A DNA stretch of 64,000 nt from Phoronis australis (Eukaryota; Animalia; Phoronida). This document shows, in pieces, positions 1 to 13,122 of the stretch. Position numbers and translations under genes: made by a program. Each line of letters opens with the position of its first letter. The first letter of the stretch is position 1. The notes under the pieces are model-generated. The model worked only from the letters and a program-made list of their open reading frames with translations. It was not told the origin of the DNA and did no database searches. The stretch lies in contig NMRA01000981.1 in assembly GCA_002633005.1 (NCBI GenBank), forward strand, positions 1 through 64,000. The letters are read 5' to 3'.

Positions 1-1120
1 GTCCCTGCACGGTGGGCAACCAACGCGCCGGTGTGCCGAGAAGCTGCTCAAACTTGATCGTCTAGAGGAAGTAAAACGTATAGCCCAGCCCAATGTAACA
101 TTTCACGTGAAAAGTTACCGCCCTTCAATAAAAAGTTACCTGAAATGTTACACTTCAGTCCTTGAAAGGTTACAGTCGCGTGAAATGTTACTGAAACGTT
201 ACATGAAGTGTGACACACAACTTGAAATTGTTACCTTTTCTATTAAAAAGGCTTAGCTTGTAGAAAATGTTCCTTTAAGACCGGCCGTAAATATTTTCAA
301 GCCTTAAACTCTATTAAACAATTTCATGTAGTCATGCCGCCCGTCTACTGAAATGCTACATTGACGTCGTCCGCCCGTGCCTTGAAGAAGCACTTAAGCC
401 CGTCTTCCATAAAAAATGTTCATGCCTTCATGCATCACCCGTTCGCACACCCGTCTTTTGAAAAGTTCCCACCCAATTATTCCATTCATGCCACTTCCCA
501 TAATAGTCGTTAACTGCCGGAAGACAAGGTACAGGTGATGCAAACGATACTGAAATGAAATACACTTCTATTATTTGTAAGAAACAAAACTGGTGTACCA
601 ATTTTATCAAATATCATATATAATTGTAAATATTACTTTAACCTTTTGCATGTTATATACGCATATCCGTTATGTGGTTCTTATTTTCACAATTTAATTT
701 CTGTACACACTTCTTGTCTGTAATTGCAATACGGAGAACATGTTGCTAAACCCGCATGATGGAAAATTTCATGATGAAATTTTCACGTTTTACGTAACAT
801 TTTCTCCGACTTGCCGTCCTCCTATCGTAACTTTTCCGTCCTTCTAATTCCTTACATTTTTCCATTTCTCACCCTGGATTCACCAGAAGTTGCTTACCAA
901 TGCAATGCTGGAGAAACGCACACATTGCATATGACTAATCGAGGAGTGCATCATAAATATGTTGAAGCTACATACGTAACATTTTCACGATTTTCCGCCG
1001 TTAACCGGTAACATTTTCACATTTTGTTTGCCTCACTATTGGAAAAGTTAGTTGGAACAATGATGTGCGATGCTGAAGAAACTTACACAATACTCGCAAG
1101 GCTGATTTGATGGGAAATGT

Positions 1121-4100
1121 CACCATGAGTGTCTGATATAAGCTTCTAGTCAGACGGAAAATGTTACCAAGGCTGCATAGCACTCAAAAAGAGTGAAAAT
1201 GTTACGGATATAATTACAACAACAAATTAAGCAACATGAAAGAAAATATTAATAAAATATCATTCAAGATATATCTATCATGCAGAACCTGTTTAGTGCT
1301 TCAATGATACACCTGCTTTAAGGCTGTACTTTACTGCGCGTTCCTCAAAAATTGCAGAAACAAACAGATTAATGTCCAAAGTAACTTTTTCAAGACACTA
1401 AATAGTAATCAAAAGGCGAAGAAAATGTGAAATGTTACCAGGGGTACATAATATAGCCTGTTAGAAGGAACTAATTTTTCAAAACACTAAATAGTAATCG
1501 AAAGGCGAAGAAAATGTGAAATGTTACCAGGGGTACATAATATAGCCTGTTAGAAGGAAGTAACTTTTTCAAGGCACTAAATAGTAATCGAAAGGCGAAG
1601 AAAATGTGAAATGTTACCAGGGGTACATAATATAGCCTGTTAGAAGGAACTATTTTTTCAAAACACTAAATAGTAATCGAAAGGCGAAGAAAATGTGAAA
1701 TGTTACAAGGGGTACATAATATAGCCTGTTAGAAGGAAGTAACTTTTTCAAGGCACTAAATAGTAATCGAAAGGCGAAGAAAATGTGAAATGTTACCAGG
1801 GGTACATAATATAGCCTGTTAGAAGGAGTGAAATTACAAACCTTGAGACTACGTTTCAGAGCTTGTTTTGCAGCGTCACGCCACCAAAAACGTTTTTGTT
1901 GTCCTTAATAAAAATTTCAAGTCCCTGAACAGTATTTGCAAGGCGGAGAGAATGCGGATTATTCACGATATAGCTATGTGCTTCAAACATAGACGTAGTC
2001 TGGGATTGCATCATACTGCACGTTTTTTCATTATCATGGCTCCAAACTCGTGTTTAATTATCCTAAATAACTGTTTCACAAAAAAACCACTATTCACAAG
2101 GCGGGGAGAATGTGAAATATTACCACAAGAGCTTGACGAAACCAGTAAGAGGGATTCAAAAACCTGAAAATGTTACCAGCTTTGCATGAAGTTACGTTGA
2201 AGGACTGCAAATTAGTATTAGTGAAAATGTTACGTATATAGGTATGTTAACTAATAAAACAACATAAAAGAATATGGATATGAAACATGATCCACAATAC
2301 TGGTAGGATGCAAAACCTGTTTTGTGCTATAATGATAAATACGCTAAGAGACTGCAACTTACTTTGCGTTTTGCAGTATTGTAACACCATATACAATTAA
2401 AAATGTCTTATGAATCTTTTTCACGACTTTAAATAGTAATCAGGAGGCGAAGAACATGTGAAATGTTACCATAGGTTCCTGATATAGAATATTAAAAGTA
2501 AGGAAAACCTCATGCTCGAGGACTACATTTCACGACATGTTTTGCATCATCAGAGCACCATACACATTGTTATTGCGTTAAACAACTTTTTCAAGTCACT
2601 AAACGGTGTAAGCATGGCTGAGTTGATGGGTAATATTACCATGAGTGTATGATATAAGCCTCTAGAAAGACGGAAAACGTGAAAATGTTACCAAGGTTGC
2701 ATGAAGTTACAATATAGGACTCAAAAAGAGTGAAAATGTTACGTATATAATTACATCAACAAATTAAGCAACATCAAAGAAAATATTAATAAAATATCAT
2801 TCAAGATATATCTATCATGCAGAACCTGTTTAGTGCTTCAATGATACACCTGCTTTAAGGCTGTACTTCACTGCGCGTTCCTCAAAATTGCAATAACAAA
2901 CACATTAATGTCTTAAGTAACTTTTTCAAGACACTAAACAGTAATCGAAAGGCGAAGAAAATGTGAAATGTTACCAGGGGTACATAATATAGCCTGTTAG
3001 AAGGAGTGAAATTGCAAACCTTGAGACTACGTTTCAGAGCTTGTTTTGCAGCGTCACGCCACCAAACTAGTTATTGTTGTCCTTAATAAAATTTTCAAGT
3101 CCCTGAACAGTATTTGCAAGGCGGAGAGAATGCGGATTATTCACGATATAGCTATGTGTTTCAAACATAGACGTAGTCTGGGATTGCATCATACTGCACG
3201 TTTTTTCATTATCATGGCTCCAAACTCGTGTTTAATTATCCTAAATAACTGTTTCACAAAAGACACTATTCACAAGGCGGGAGAATGTGAAATGTTACCA
3301 CAAGAGCTTGACGAAACCAGTAAGAGGGATTGAAAAACCTGAAAATGTTACCAGCTTTGCATGAAGTTACATTGAAGGACTGCAAATTAGTGAAAATGTT
3401 ACGTATATAGGTATGTTAACTAATAAAACAACATAAAAGAATGTGGATATGAAACATGATCCACGATATTGCTAGGATGCAAAACCTGTTTTGTGCTATA
3501 ATGATAAATACGCTAAGAGACTGCAACTTACTTTGCGTTTTGCAGTATTGTAACACCATATACAATTAAAAATGTCTTATGAAACTTTTTCACGACTTTA
3601 AATAGTAATCAGGAGGCAAAAACATGTGAAATGTTATCATAGGTTCCTGATATAGAATATTAAAAGTAAGGAAAACCTCATGCTCGAGGACTACATTTCA
3701 CGACTTGTTTTGCATCATCAGAGCACCATACACATTGTTATTGCGTTAAACAACTTTTTCAAGTCACTAAACGGTGTTAGCATGGCTGAGTTGATGGGTA
3801 ATATTACCATGAGTGTGTGATATAAGCTTCTAGAAAGACGGAAAACGTGAAAATGTTACCAAGGCTGCATGAAGTTACAATATAGGACTCAAAAAGGGTG
3901 AAAATGTTACGTATATAATTATGACAACAAATTAAGCAACATGAAAGAAAATTTTAATAAAATATCATTCAAGATATATCTATCATGCAGAACCTGTTTA
4001 GTGCTTCAATGATACACCTGCTTTGAAGCTGTACTTTACTGCGCGTTCCTCAAAATTGCAGCAACAAACACATTAATGTCTTAAGTAACTTTTTCAAGAC

Positions 4101-4310
4101 CCTAAATAGTAATCGAAAGGCGAAGAAAATGTGAAATGTTACCAGGGGTATATAATATAGCCTGTTAGAAAGAGTGAAAATTGCAAACCTTGAGACTACG
4201 TTTCAGAGCTTTTTTGCAGCGTCACGACAGCAAAAACGTTTTTGTTGTCCTTGATAAAATTTTCAAGTCCAGAACAGTATTTTCAAGGTGGAGAGAATGT
4301 GAAATGTTAC
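1121..4310 (+). repeat. About 1.17 kb tandem repeat (about 2.5 copies) built from two diverged subunits and rich in GAAATGTTACC/GAAAATGTTACC
   Basis: ACCATGAGTGT.TGATATAAGC recurs near 1122, 2638 and 3806. The near-identical ORFs at 1868 and 3046 are by-products of the repeat. Confidence 0.92.
1381..1827 (+). repeat. About 90 bp minisatellite, 5 copies
   Basis: Unit ...CACTAAATAGTAATCGAAAGGCGAAGAAAATGTGAAATGTTACCAGGGGTACATAATATAGCCTGTTAGAAGGA starts near 1381, 1471, 1560, 1650 and 1739. Confidence 0.97.
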
Positions 4311-4709
4311 ACTGAGTGCTGGACATAAAATGCTAGAAGGAAGTTAATCGTGAAAATGCTACGAGGCCTGCAGGAAATCACGATTGAGGGACGGCAAATT
4401 TGTGAAAATGTTTCGTACACAGTTATGCCAACCAATAAATCTACATTTTAGAAAAGGCAATTAACGGATATTCCTCGATATAGCTATGACACTCAACTTA
4501 GCTTAGTGCTGAAAACTTATGCTCACTGTGGAACTATATTAAAATGGTATGATCAATGGGCGTATGCCGATACTTCATTATGGCTGTGAGATATCGAGCT
4601 TTATTAAGGGCGAATGTATTGAAATGCTCCACACAAAATTTGGCAAAGAAATTTAAGATTTGCATAGTAGGGCAATTTCACTGGATGTTAGAGGTGAGAT
4701 GTGTCGTTA

Positions 4710-5726
4710 CAGTGGCGATCTAGGATATTACAAGGGGGGACAACTTTTTGTCCGGCTGTAAGCATTTGCGCAAACTGGGCCACGATTGTAGATGCGCATA
4801 GCACCGAATGGGGGGAGGTCGGGAGGGGGGTTTGCCCCCTCCCGCCCAGGACATTTTTCTGTTTTTACCTCTAAATATCAAGCATTTTCCTTGATTCCTG
4901 AAGTATTATCTAAGAAAAAAAGGCAAAAAAAAAAAAAAAAAACACGGAGAACGTGTCAAACAGGAGAAACTGCAAGTACCAAAGACTCGAACTCGCGACC
5001 TGGAGGATAGCACGCGCGTGCATTACCACTACACCACCACCACTTACTTACTGTTCTTACACTAAGACACTAAGAGACCTACTTGTTTATGGTCCACAGC
5101 GTTTGCGCGCAAAACCTACTTCTTTTTGTTATTCTTATTACACGTTTTATATTTTGTGCAATCGGTTCTTAACAAATTTGTCGTATTTAAAATTGTCTTC
5201 AAATGCCCAAAACACCAAATCCGTTTTTCGTGTTGGCAATAATGACGGAATTGCTTTGGGAATCGTCTTAAGATAAGGTTCGACAAAGAGAGTTTCTGAG
5301 TGATTCACTTAGGCTTCCATTAAAATTCACATCTTACCAGCAGCTTCTGTTTTTCATCGTCACTCAGGTTCCATTTTCTTTAAAAAATGAAGTGAATTTC
5401 CTTCATTGCACAGTGGAGCAGACGACGGAAACGGATTCGTAGTGCGCAGCGCCACTGCCAGTCGCCTGGGATATCGCGGGAGAGCCTATACTTAGCCATA
5501 GTTCCGTTACGAATGCACCGTGTTCCGAATTTGACATTTGAAATTGGATTNCCCCCCCCCCAACGCTAAAACTGCACACATTTAAATCTTTTTTCATTCG
5601 AATAATTTTTATTACCGGGGCTAATTAATAAACTCAACATTTCCCTACGCTCTTACTGTTTTATTTTTTGCGGCAGTCAGGTGGAGAGGGGGCGGGCCCC
5701 CTGGGCCCCCCCTAAATCCGCCTATG
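4710..5726. mobile_element. MITE with CAGTGGCG(G)AT...ATCCGCCTATG ends and an imperfect 6 bp TSD
   Basis: Flanks are tcgtta (4704-4709) and ccgtta (5727-5732). Removing the insert restores the LINE frame. Contains an N at 5551. Confidence 0.75.
4975..5040 (-). other. tRNA-derived (SINE-head-like) segment inside the MITE
   Basis: Minus strand carries an A box TGGTGTAGTGG and a B box GTTCGAGTC at tRNA-like spacing, but no proper acceptor stem. Confidence 0.55.
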
Positions 5727-6194
5727 CCGTTACTCTTTGGTTGCATACCAACTTCCTAGAATTATGAAATATTGGCTAAAACTATTAAAATTGATGCCTC
5801 AAAAATTACATGTTATTGCTATGAATTGGAGTACAGTATGACAGAAAATGCTGAGAAACCGTGCTGGGTTAATGGTGTTAAGAAATTGCTATTTCAGTTT
5901 GGTTTTAAAGAAGCATGGTACAATTAAGGTGTAGGTTCCGAGACAAGCTTCATAACACTTTTTAAACAGAGATGCAAAGATATTGATCAGCAAAAATGGC
6001 AAGAAATTTTGAACAAATCGGTTAAGCTGGAAAGTTACAAAACTTTTAAGTTAAATATATGTTTTGAAAATTATTTAGATATAATTGGCTATGTAAATGA
6101 TAGATCTGATATGCTAAGATTAAGATGTTTAGCGCATACACCAATGAAAAGAGTAGACAACTGAACCTTAGCCGACCAGAAAGGTTACTTTTTC

Positions 6195-6530
6195 ATAGAC
6201 AAAAATTAGTTGTAAGGACTACATGAATTGTGTAATAACTGATTTCGATGATAGTTACACTGGGACGGCGTAATGAGATTCAACAAATTGAAAATCATAC
6301 GTTTGGAACGACTGCTTTCCAAGCCAGCGGCAGGTGATGGCTCGTTCATAGGAGGGTCAGATATCTCACTGTGTGGCTAAACTAAAAACACAATATATGT
6401 TAGCCATTTCACTACGGAGAAGCCCAAAACTCGGTGAAACACAAAATAGTGACCATCGTGGACACTTGATTTTGCTCTTATTTATAATTGTAGACAAATT
6501 AATGTAGCAACTAATGTTTCTTACCCAATT
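6195..6530. repeat. Dispersed repeat; second copy at about 17260-17610 in an intron
   Basis: Shared AAATTAGTTGTAAGGACTACAT...TAATGAGATTCAACAA...CACTGTGTGGCTAAA...GCAACTAATGTTTCTTAC. Confidence 0.85.
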
Positions 6531-7789
6531 TTCCAGCGAATAGTCTGGTGAATGTATTTCTCTTTTTTAAATAATCTTCGTTAAAGGCACGACAAGACTG
6601 TTTGTTAGCGAGCTTGATACTGGTATTTTTGTAAGTTCGGAACAGTCTCCTTTTTCAGGTGTGCAGGTATGAAGTAAAATAGGGAGAGTCATAACAAACA
6701 AACAAATAAAACAGTAGCTATATTTCGTCAAATCAATAAGCAATGAGTGGAAGGAACATATACATGGCGAAATAAGCAGCAAAATACACGTGACAACGGG
6801 AAGAGGGCCATACGTAGGATGCCCGGAGATATTAACAAGACCAGTAAAAGACTTGCATCTGAACACACGCCCAATGTATTCTAAAAATGACACTTTCTGT
6901 TACAATTGAATAGAGCACTCCAATCTACACATATTGCAGGACAATGCTTCCATGCGTGTTTTACCTCACCCAACTATAAAACACAAAGCAATTAACAAAA
7001 TGGTGCATGTAATTATTTTTCAAGCAACACGCCTCGAGAAGTTGTGCCGTGCCTCCCTCTTTAAAAGCATACCTTCAATATTATTAGCGTCATTAAAATT
7101 GTTTATATCTTCATTTTCTTATTCATTGTACACTAGATATTAATATTATGATCAGACCAATAGAGATAATTGTATTTTGTCATATCATTACCACGCTTAT
7201 TATATAGTAGCTTACCCATTCGGTTACCAGTGGCAGTTACAATCAAAAATCACTCTTGAAGTGGCACTGAGATCATTTGTGAAGACAAATCTAGGTGCAC
7301 TGTAAAAGCCGTACAATGCATCGTATTGAGTCATTCAATTGACGAACTTGAGCCATGTTTTTTGTTGGAGTACACTATTGGTGGGCCTATCAGTCACCGC
7401 TTATTCTATGCTAGGGAAACAATACAACTTCGCGAATTTTGACTATATCGATTATTTTTTTGCATCATGAGACAACGAAAGATGGTGCGAATACTGCAGT
7501 CAGTTGTGCAAAAATATGTAGGCGAATTACATGAACATCGAATACGACCACTGAAGCTATGGGCTATTAGTGCGCCTGTTGACCGCCAGGATCTCTAGTT
7601 GTCTTCCGCCTTTAGGCGCCATTGCTGAGACGTTTTCTCTCCACCGGAGACCGCTCGATTGAAATAGTGGTATGTGTCGCTATTGGTCAAGTATATATTA
7701 TCATGTATATGTGCTTATCACATTTACTTTCATGTGGTTTGTACCAGAGAAGTTTTGTTCATGTTTCATTAGAATTTGGTACTTTTGCA

Positions 7790-8380
7790 ATATTTCCCGG
7801 TTGACACTGCCATGTTAGCTCAACTCAAGATTACTGCAACACCTGTTGTTAATGAATGAAACAGCATCGTCGATTCTGAAGTTTTTTGCCCGCACGAGTT
7901 TCCCGCTAATGTTTTCCGGACATAATATGGAGGAACAAGTTGCAGCATTTCACCTTTTTTAATTTTTCTATACTTGTGACCATTTGACCATTTTTCACGA
8001 AATTGTCTGAAGTGATACCATTTTCACCAATATGGACCTTAAAAACAACTTCCGCTTTTTCGCAGACTCGTGCTCTAGCAAATACGTACCAGGGTCACCA
8101 TAGGATCGAATTCAAACCCTTGGGACCGTAACCCAGGCGGGGGATAGAAGGGTCTCAGTCAATTTGACCTTATGAAAAGCGACGATCTGCAGAAGTCTGT
8201 AGATTAGTTCATTTTTTGACCGCCAGGTGACTCCTTCCATTCAACATGGCGGTATTACTACCATGTACGGGGAAATAGTGCGAGCAGAAATTTCACGATA
8301 AAATATGAAGGGAACGGGGTAGGAAAAATTTCCAAAATCATTTGTGTAAGTCAATGTCGTCATATTGTAAACAATTACCA
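7790..8380. repeat. Old diverged duplication; second copy at about 12000-12600
   Basis: Collinear matches such as GAAGTGATACC, GAATTCAAA.CCTTGGGAC, CCGCCAG.TGACTC and ATTGTAAACAATT. Confidence 0.75.
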
Positions 8381-8824
8381 CATAGGGTTATACCGTAATC
8401 GTTCGGGTTAACGCCCATGCTCAGTTAACCGCCCATCCCCGACTTTAAGTGGATTTTCGATTTAACCGCCCACTGCTCGGTTAAGCGCCCCCCTGCGATT
8501 TTTGAAGATTTCCAGTTAAGCGCCCACCTCTCGGCTCGGAGCCCGACCAGGCCCGTCGTGGCCGGCCAGATTGACTCGTTATCCCGGCCAGTGGCTAGGA
8601 AACTGATCAGACATCACGAACATAAACCAGCCAAATTTCAGTGGAAATTAAATTTCCAGTCAAGAAAATACTATACTATTGAACCAAAGTAAAGTGCTGG
8701 TGATTATGTTGGCCCAATTAGCCACGAAACTGCAAATCTACTTACTCGTCGAATTCAGGTTCTGCTTTGGCCACAGCACCGTCAGGGCAGAAGTTGTACA
8801 TTGACAATCATTATTTGAGTAAAT

Positions 8825-9065
8825 GTAAATGTGAATAAAGATTCCCCTAACACCTGGCCGTGATATGGAAATTGAGTTGTTTCACAACAGTTTCTGCTAG
8901 CAAACACTAAATTAGCATGAGCTCACACGGCCTCGGTGTCCTGTCAATTAGTTTTATTGCACCTATAAGCCGGTGATTTATTCATTGCTGGCTTCTCAAA
9001 TCATTTGTACTCACGAACACTCCAATGGCATTACAAATTGCATCGAATGTGACAGACTTTGTTTC
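8825..9065. repeat. Dispersed repeat; second copy at about 40965-41215
   Basis: Shared AATAAAGATTCCCCTAACACCTGGCCGTG...CACACGGCCTCGGTGTCC...CACGAACACTCCAA. Confidence 0.88.
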
Positions 9066-12000
9066 AGTTTTATATAAGTATTGATTAGGGTGAGAATAAT
9101 TCATTTTGAAACAGAACGCTCGGTAATAAATGACAACCCGCAATCCCCGAGCCGACTTAGGACGAGCTAGAGCTCATCAGTCCCGACTTCTCAGGTGGAT
9201 CGTTAAGTTTTACAGACTATCAACTCGAACAAGAATACAGTGATGAAGAAATACTAGAGAGGCGCCGTGAACAAGCTCAAACAACGGAACGTATGTAGAT
9301 ATTTTGGTAAGCCGGCATTCGTCAGGCACGGCTGTCGACGTCTGAAGGCCACAGACATGGAGATGTTTCACGGCCTCATACTTGCTATTTTCTGCGTAAA
9401 TTTCATTCTTCACTACCATGAGTCACTTCCTAAGCATTTCGGACTCTCGAGGAAGTAAAAAAAAAACGATAAACCCCCCTTCCTTGCAGCTGCTTAGTTT
9501 GGACAAGCGGGAGCGATGCACCGCAGCATAGCGGCATTCACTCCTCTGCATATGAACCACTGACATCGCTAGCGTTGTTTCTCACCTTCCTCACAGGTTA
9601 ACGTGACACCTCTTGGTTAGGTAAGGTCGACCGTATGCAAGGTGATGTGGATATAAACCGATTAAGATGGCAAAACAGACTTATTAAATCGGGTGGCATT
9701 CTCCGTTAACTCTCACAGCTAGGTGTCATCGAAGATATGTATAGAAGTAGAAAAGACCAATGATGAAAGTCAAGCACTTTTTCAAATGATAGTTTTAAGT
9801 GTGGAATTTAGTTTTAACGAGGTGAAAACTCAAAATCGGTAACCCAAATCCGGTCACAACCTGTTCAAAATGCATGCAAAGAGATTAGTAGAGAAAGTGA
9901 AAGGAAGTACTGTAGCCCCTAAATGGCCAACCGAGGGGCTTCGTGTTGCCTTACAGAAGACTGGCCAGTAGAGGCGCTCTTTAGTGAATTATGCCTCACA
10001 CTGATTAAATCATCAAAGCCACATTGTTATAAGTACCTTTTGAGCATAGAAGTACATTTCAAGGAGGTCTTCGATGTTTTTAATTCCTTCCAACTTGAAC
10101 GAATACAAAATTTTTATTGCGAAGTCCTTCATTCAGTTCCCTCTCACATTCCCATGGCCCATATATTTTCTTCCTTTAGTGACCTCTAATGATTGAGATC
10201 ATCATCCCGTTCTTGGTGATATGTTGGACTGACAACGCGTCTTTTTCCAACATTTCATTTACTCCTATGCTAAAATTGTTTCGATTTCAGCTTTTACTTT
10301 CCAAACATTTGCCCACAAACGTACTATAGGTGATAGGCTAGAAATTGTTCGTCAATGTGCAGTAAAAGCAATGACAGAATATGCACCTAAGTGGAGAGTG
10401 TATTGTATCCAAATATATATAAACTTAGAAGTTCTTGTGGACTGTTGTAAGATCCTTATGGCGGTAAAGAATTAGCATGCCGTACCATTGGTAAAATTTA
10501 GGATAATCCGTTATAGAGTTGACATGTGATTATAATGAATAGGCTTGTGAAATTAACCTGACACTGACGTTTCATCTATAACTGACAAATTTGCTAAGTG
10601 CAGAGTGCCGAAAATTTCTGTGACAAGCCGAACGAATGAATATGTAAAAGTGTTTATTTGCAAAGTCTTTTAGGTTATTCTTAAAATTGTGTTGGTTTCT
10701 GGTTCCCATTGCCCGACCCTCATGGGAGATGGGTAGGTAAAATATTTTAGTCTTTCACCTTCCGTTATTGGGTAGTGTTCGAAAGAACATATCTTACTTA
10801 CAAGTGGAAAAAAGAATTGTTTTTACACTTGTCCAATAAACTCTTTTGAGTCGCGCACATATTTTACAGGTGGTTCGCTAGAGGGAAACAAGATTATTTT
10901 TTGTTCATGCCTTGTCTTCTCACGTTTCTGTGTGGATATGCTAGCAACATGTACATTTAAAAGATGCTGATCTGAAAAAATAGGCCGATTTATGATGAGG
11001 TTACGCTGGCCACGTGCATATTTGGATGAGAAAGACATTTGCATTCAAAAATGTTAAACATAAGTTACCTTTTCATAGTTACAAGATTTTTCGTCTACAC
11101 CTATGTGGTGAAGTAACCTTTATTTTGCACATAGTCCTTAGGCGGCGGCCCTGCTGGTCACCTTTTATTGATTTTCGACAGTTTTTGACATTATTTTGAG
11201 CATCAGATTTTGGTGAGACATATTTTTGGGCTTTTAAATGATAAAGCACACTAAAAATCTACCAAGAAACTAGAAATCCTTTTAACACAGGTTTTATATC
11301 CCACTCGAACACAGATTATCGTAAACACTCCTTTTATCCACCCAATCAAGGCTATGGAACCAACTGCCTGACGTCATCACTTCAGACCCATAAGTTGAAA
11401 ACTTTGAGTTAACACTTTTGGGTTTTCAAGCCCAACTGTACCTAAAGTGCACAATACTATACATACTTTTTCTGTTAAAATTACATACTTTTTCTGTTAA
11501 AATTACATACTTTTTCTGTTAAAATTGTTGTGTGAATGTTGTGTTCCTGTTTTGTGGTTGTTGAGTATATCTAAGTTTGTTTTTGATATCATATTTATTA
11601 TTCATTTAATGTTTACTTTCACCTAACTGTCATTTCCCTCTGCTCATTACCAAACCAGACAGTATTTTCACCTTGATGGAGTTTAGTTAGATAAACTTGA
11701 TCGAACGATGATGAAGAAAATCTTACAAGTGTATCACCTTATTAATATATGTTTATTAAATTTGGAAATGCTAACAGTAAAATATGAATGATTATCACGA
11801 ACCACTACAATTGTGAAGCATAACAAAAGAATATGGTTTATCAAATTGTCAAAGCAAACCCTGGTAATGGTTTAAAATATTAAGACATTGACCTGCAAAC
11901 ATGATTTTGGTTTTGTTCGATTTTGCCTTTGGTTCTCATTCCGAAAATATATGAATATGTCCCCTACCATGTTTCCTCACTATTTTCTACTCTCTGTTCA

Positions 12001-13122
12001 CACTATTTACCAGTTGACATGGCTATGTTTGCTAAACTCCAGATTACAGCAGCACCTGTTGCTAATAACGAAACAGCGTCATTTATTCTGAATGGTGTTT
12101 TTGCTAGAAGATCCCCAATGAAGTTTTTCTGAGGTGAAATGGAGCAAAATAGGGCAGCATTTTTTGTTTTTCCATAAATCATTTGACTTCTTTTCCACAA
12201 AACTCCTTGAAGTGATACCCATTTCACAAATTTTGGTCTTGAAAAGACAACCCCTTTTTTCATGGATTGTTGTTAGTGTGTGCGTACCGGGGCCACCATG
12301 GGAATTCAAATCCTTGGGACTGTAGCTTGTGCCGGTGAACGGCGGGTTGGTCAATTTGAACTTATGGAAGATTGACGCGCTGCAGACCATGGTTGTTGGT
12401 ACACTAGTCCAGTTCTTGGCCGCCAGATGACTCGTTTCGTTCAACATGAAGGTATAGTGCGAGCAAAAATTGATGACAAAATATTAAAAGAAAGTGGTTA
12501 GGGGACATTTTTGTCTTATTTTTGGAATGACAACAGTGCAAGAAATCAAATGATACCAAAACCATGTGCGAATTTCAATGTTGCCACATTGTAAACAATT
12601 AACCAAACCTTTCTATTAAGCAGTTAACATTGCAAATACAAATTTTGCACTTTGTCAATGATAGTTGACAAGTTAAATGACCATTGACAAAAAGATGTAT
12701 CGTTCCACAAATAAATAGGCTCATGTGATAGAAGTATTTTGTGTGTTGTAAAATCAACTTAATAAAACATTTTCCATGAATAAATTACAGATTATGACTA
12801 ACAGAGACAAAAAGATGAACCTGGAAATCAAATACGAGGAAATTACCAATAAAGGAGAACGTGCTCTTAAAAGAGGATACTTCCTAGTCCTGAGAAGTAG
12901 AGAATAATGTGAAAACTGTCGCTAGGTGGCACAAATGTTGTGATATCCACCAAAAGCCGTCTCTCATTGTCACTTTTGTAGGAAGGTACTTGCCAACTTT
13001 CATGAAGATTAAGCGTTTTAGGCTATACGGACCCAAGATCAGGATCGACAACAAAATGCGCCCCAAAAATGTTTTGTAAGGTCATGAAAATCAAACTGAT
13101 TGTGCGTTGTCAATCAAAATCA

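Larger units (their letters stand above)
8..4530. mobile_element. Putative non-autonomous DNA element with CAC(A/G)GTG termini (Transib/Chapaev-like) filled with tandem repeats
   Basis: Starts CACGGTGGGCA at 8 and ends TGCTCACTGTG at 4530, an imperfect inverted match. The right end abuts the LINE remnant exactly. No matching TSD is visible. Confidence 0.4.
4531..6140 (+). pseudogene. Decayed non-LTR retrotransposon ORF2 C-terminal region, split by a MITE
   Basis: Translates MPILHYGCEI...IEMLHTKFGKEI*...VRGEMCRY [MITE] SL...RIMKYWLKLLK...WVNGVKKLLFQFGFKEAW...FKQRCKD...KLESYKTFK...FENYL, the typical post-RT region of invertebrate LINEs (PILxYGxExW, GELGRYP, KYW). Contains stops and frameshifts. 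Confidence 0.8.

Noticed and set aside
1381-1827. Regular repeats that might suggest a CRISPR array
   Set aside because: Whole units repeat with no unique spacers, there are no cas genes, and the context is eukaryotic.
1868-3333. Duplicated 95-99 aa ORFs
   Set aside because: TTG-started chance frames inside the 1.17 kb repeat with no recognisable domain.
4975-5040. Possible tRNA gene (also 47290-47363)
   Set aside because: A and B boxes only, no valid cloverleaf, embedded in mobile elements.
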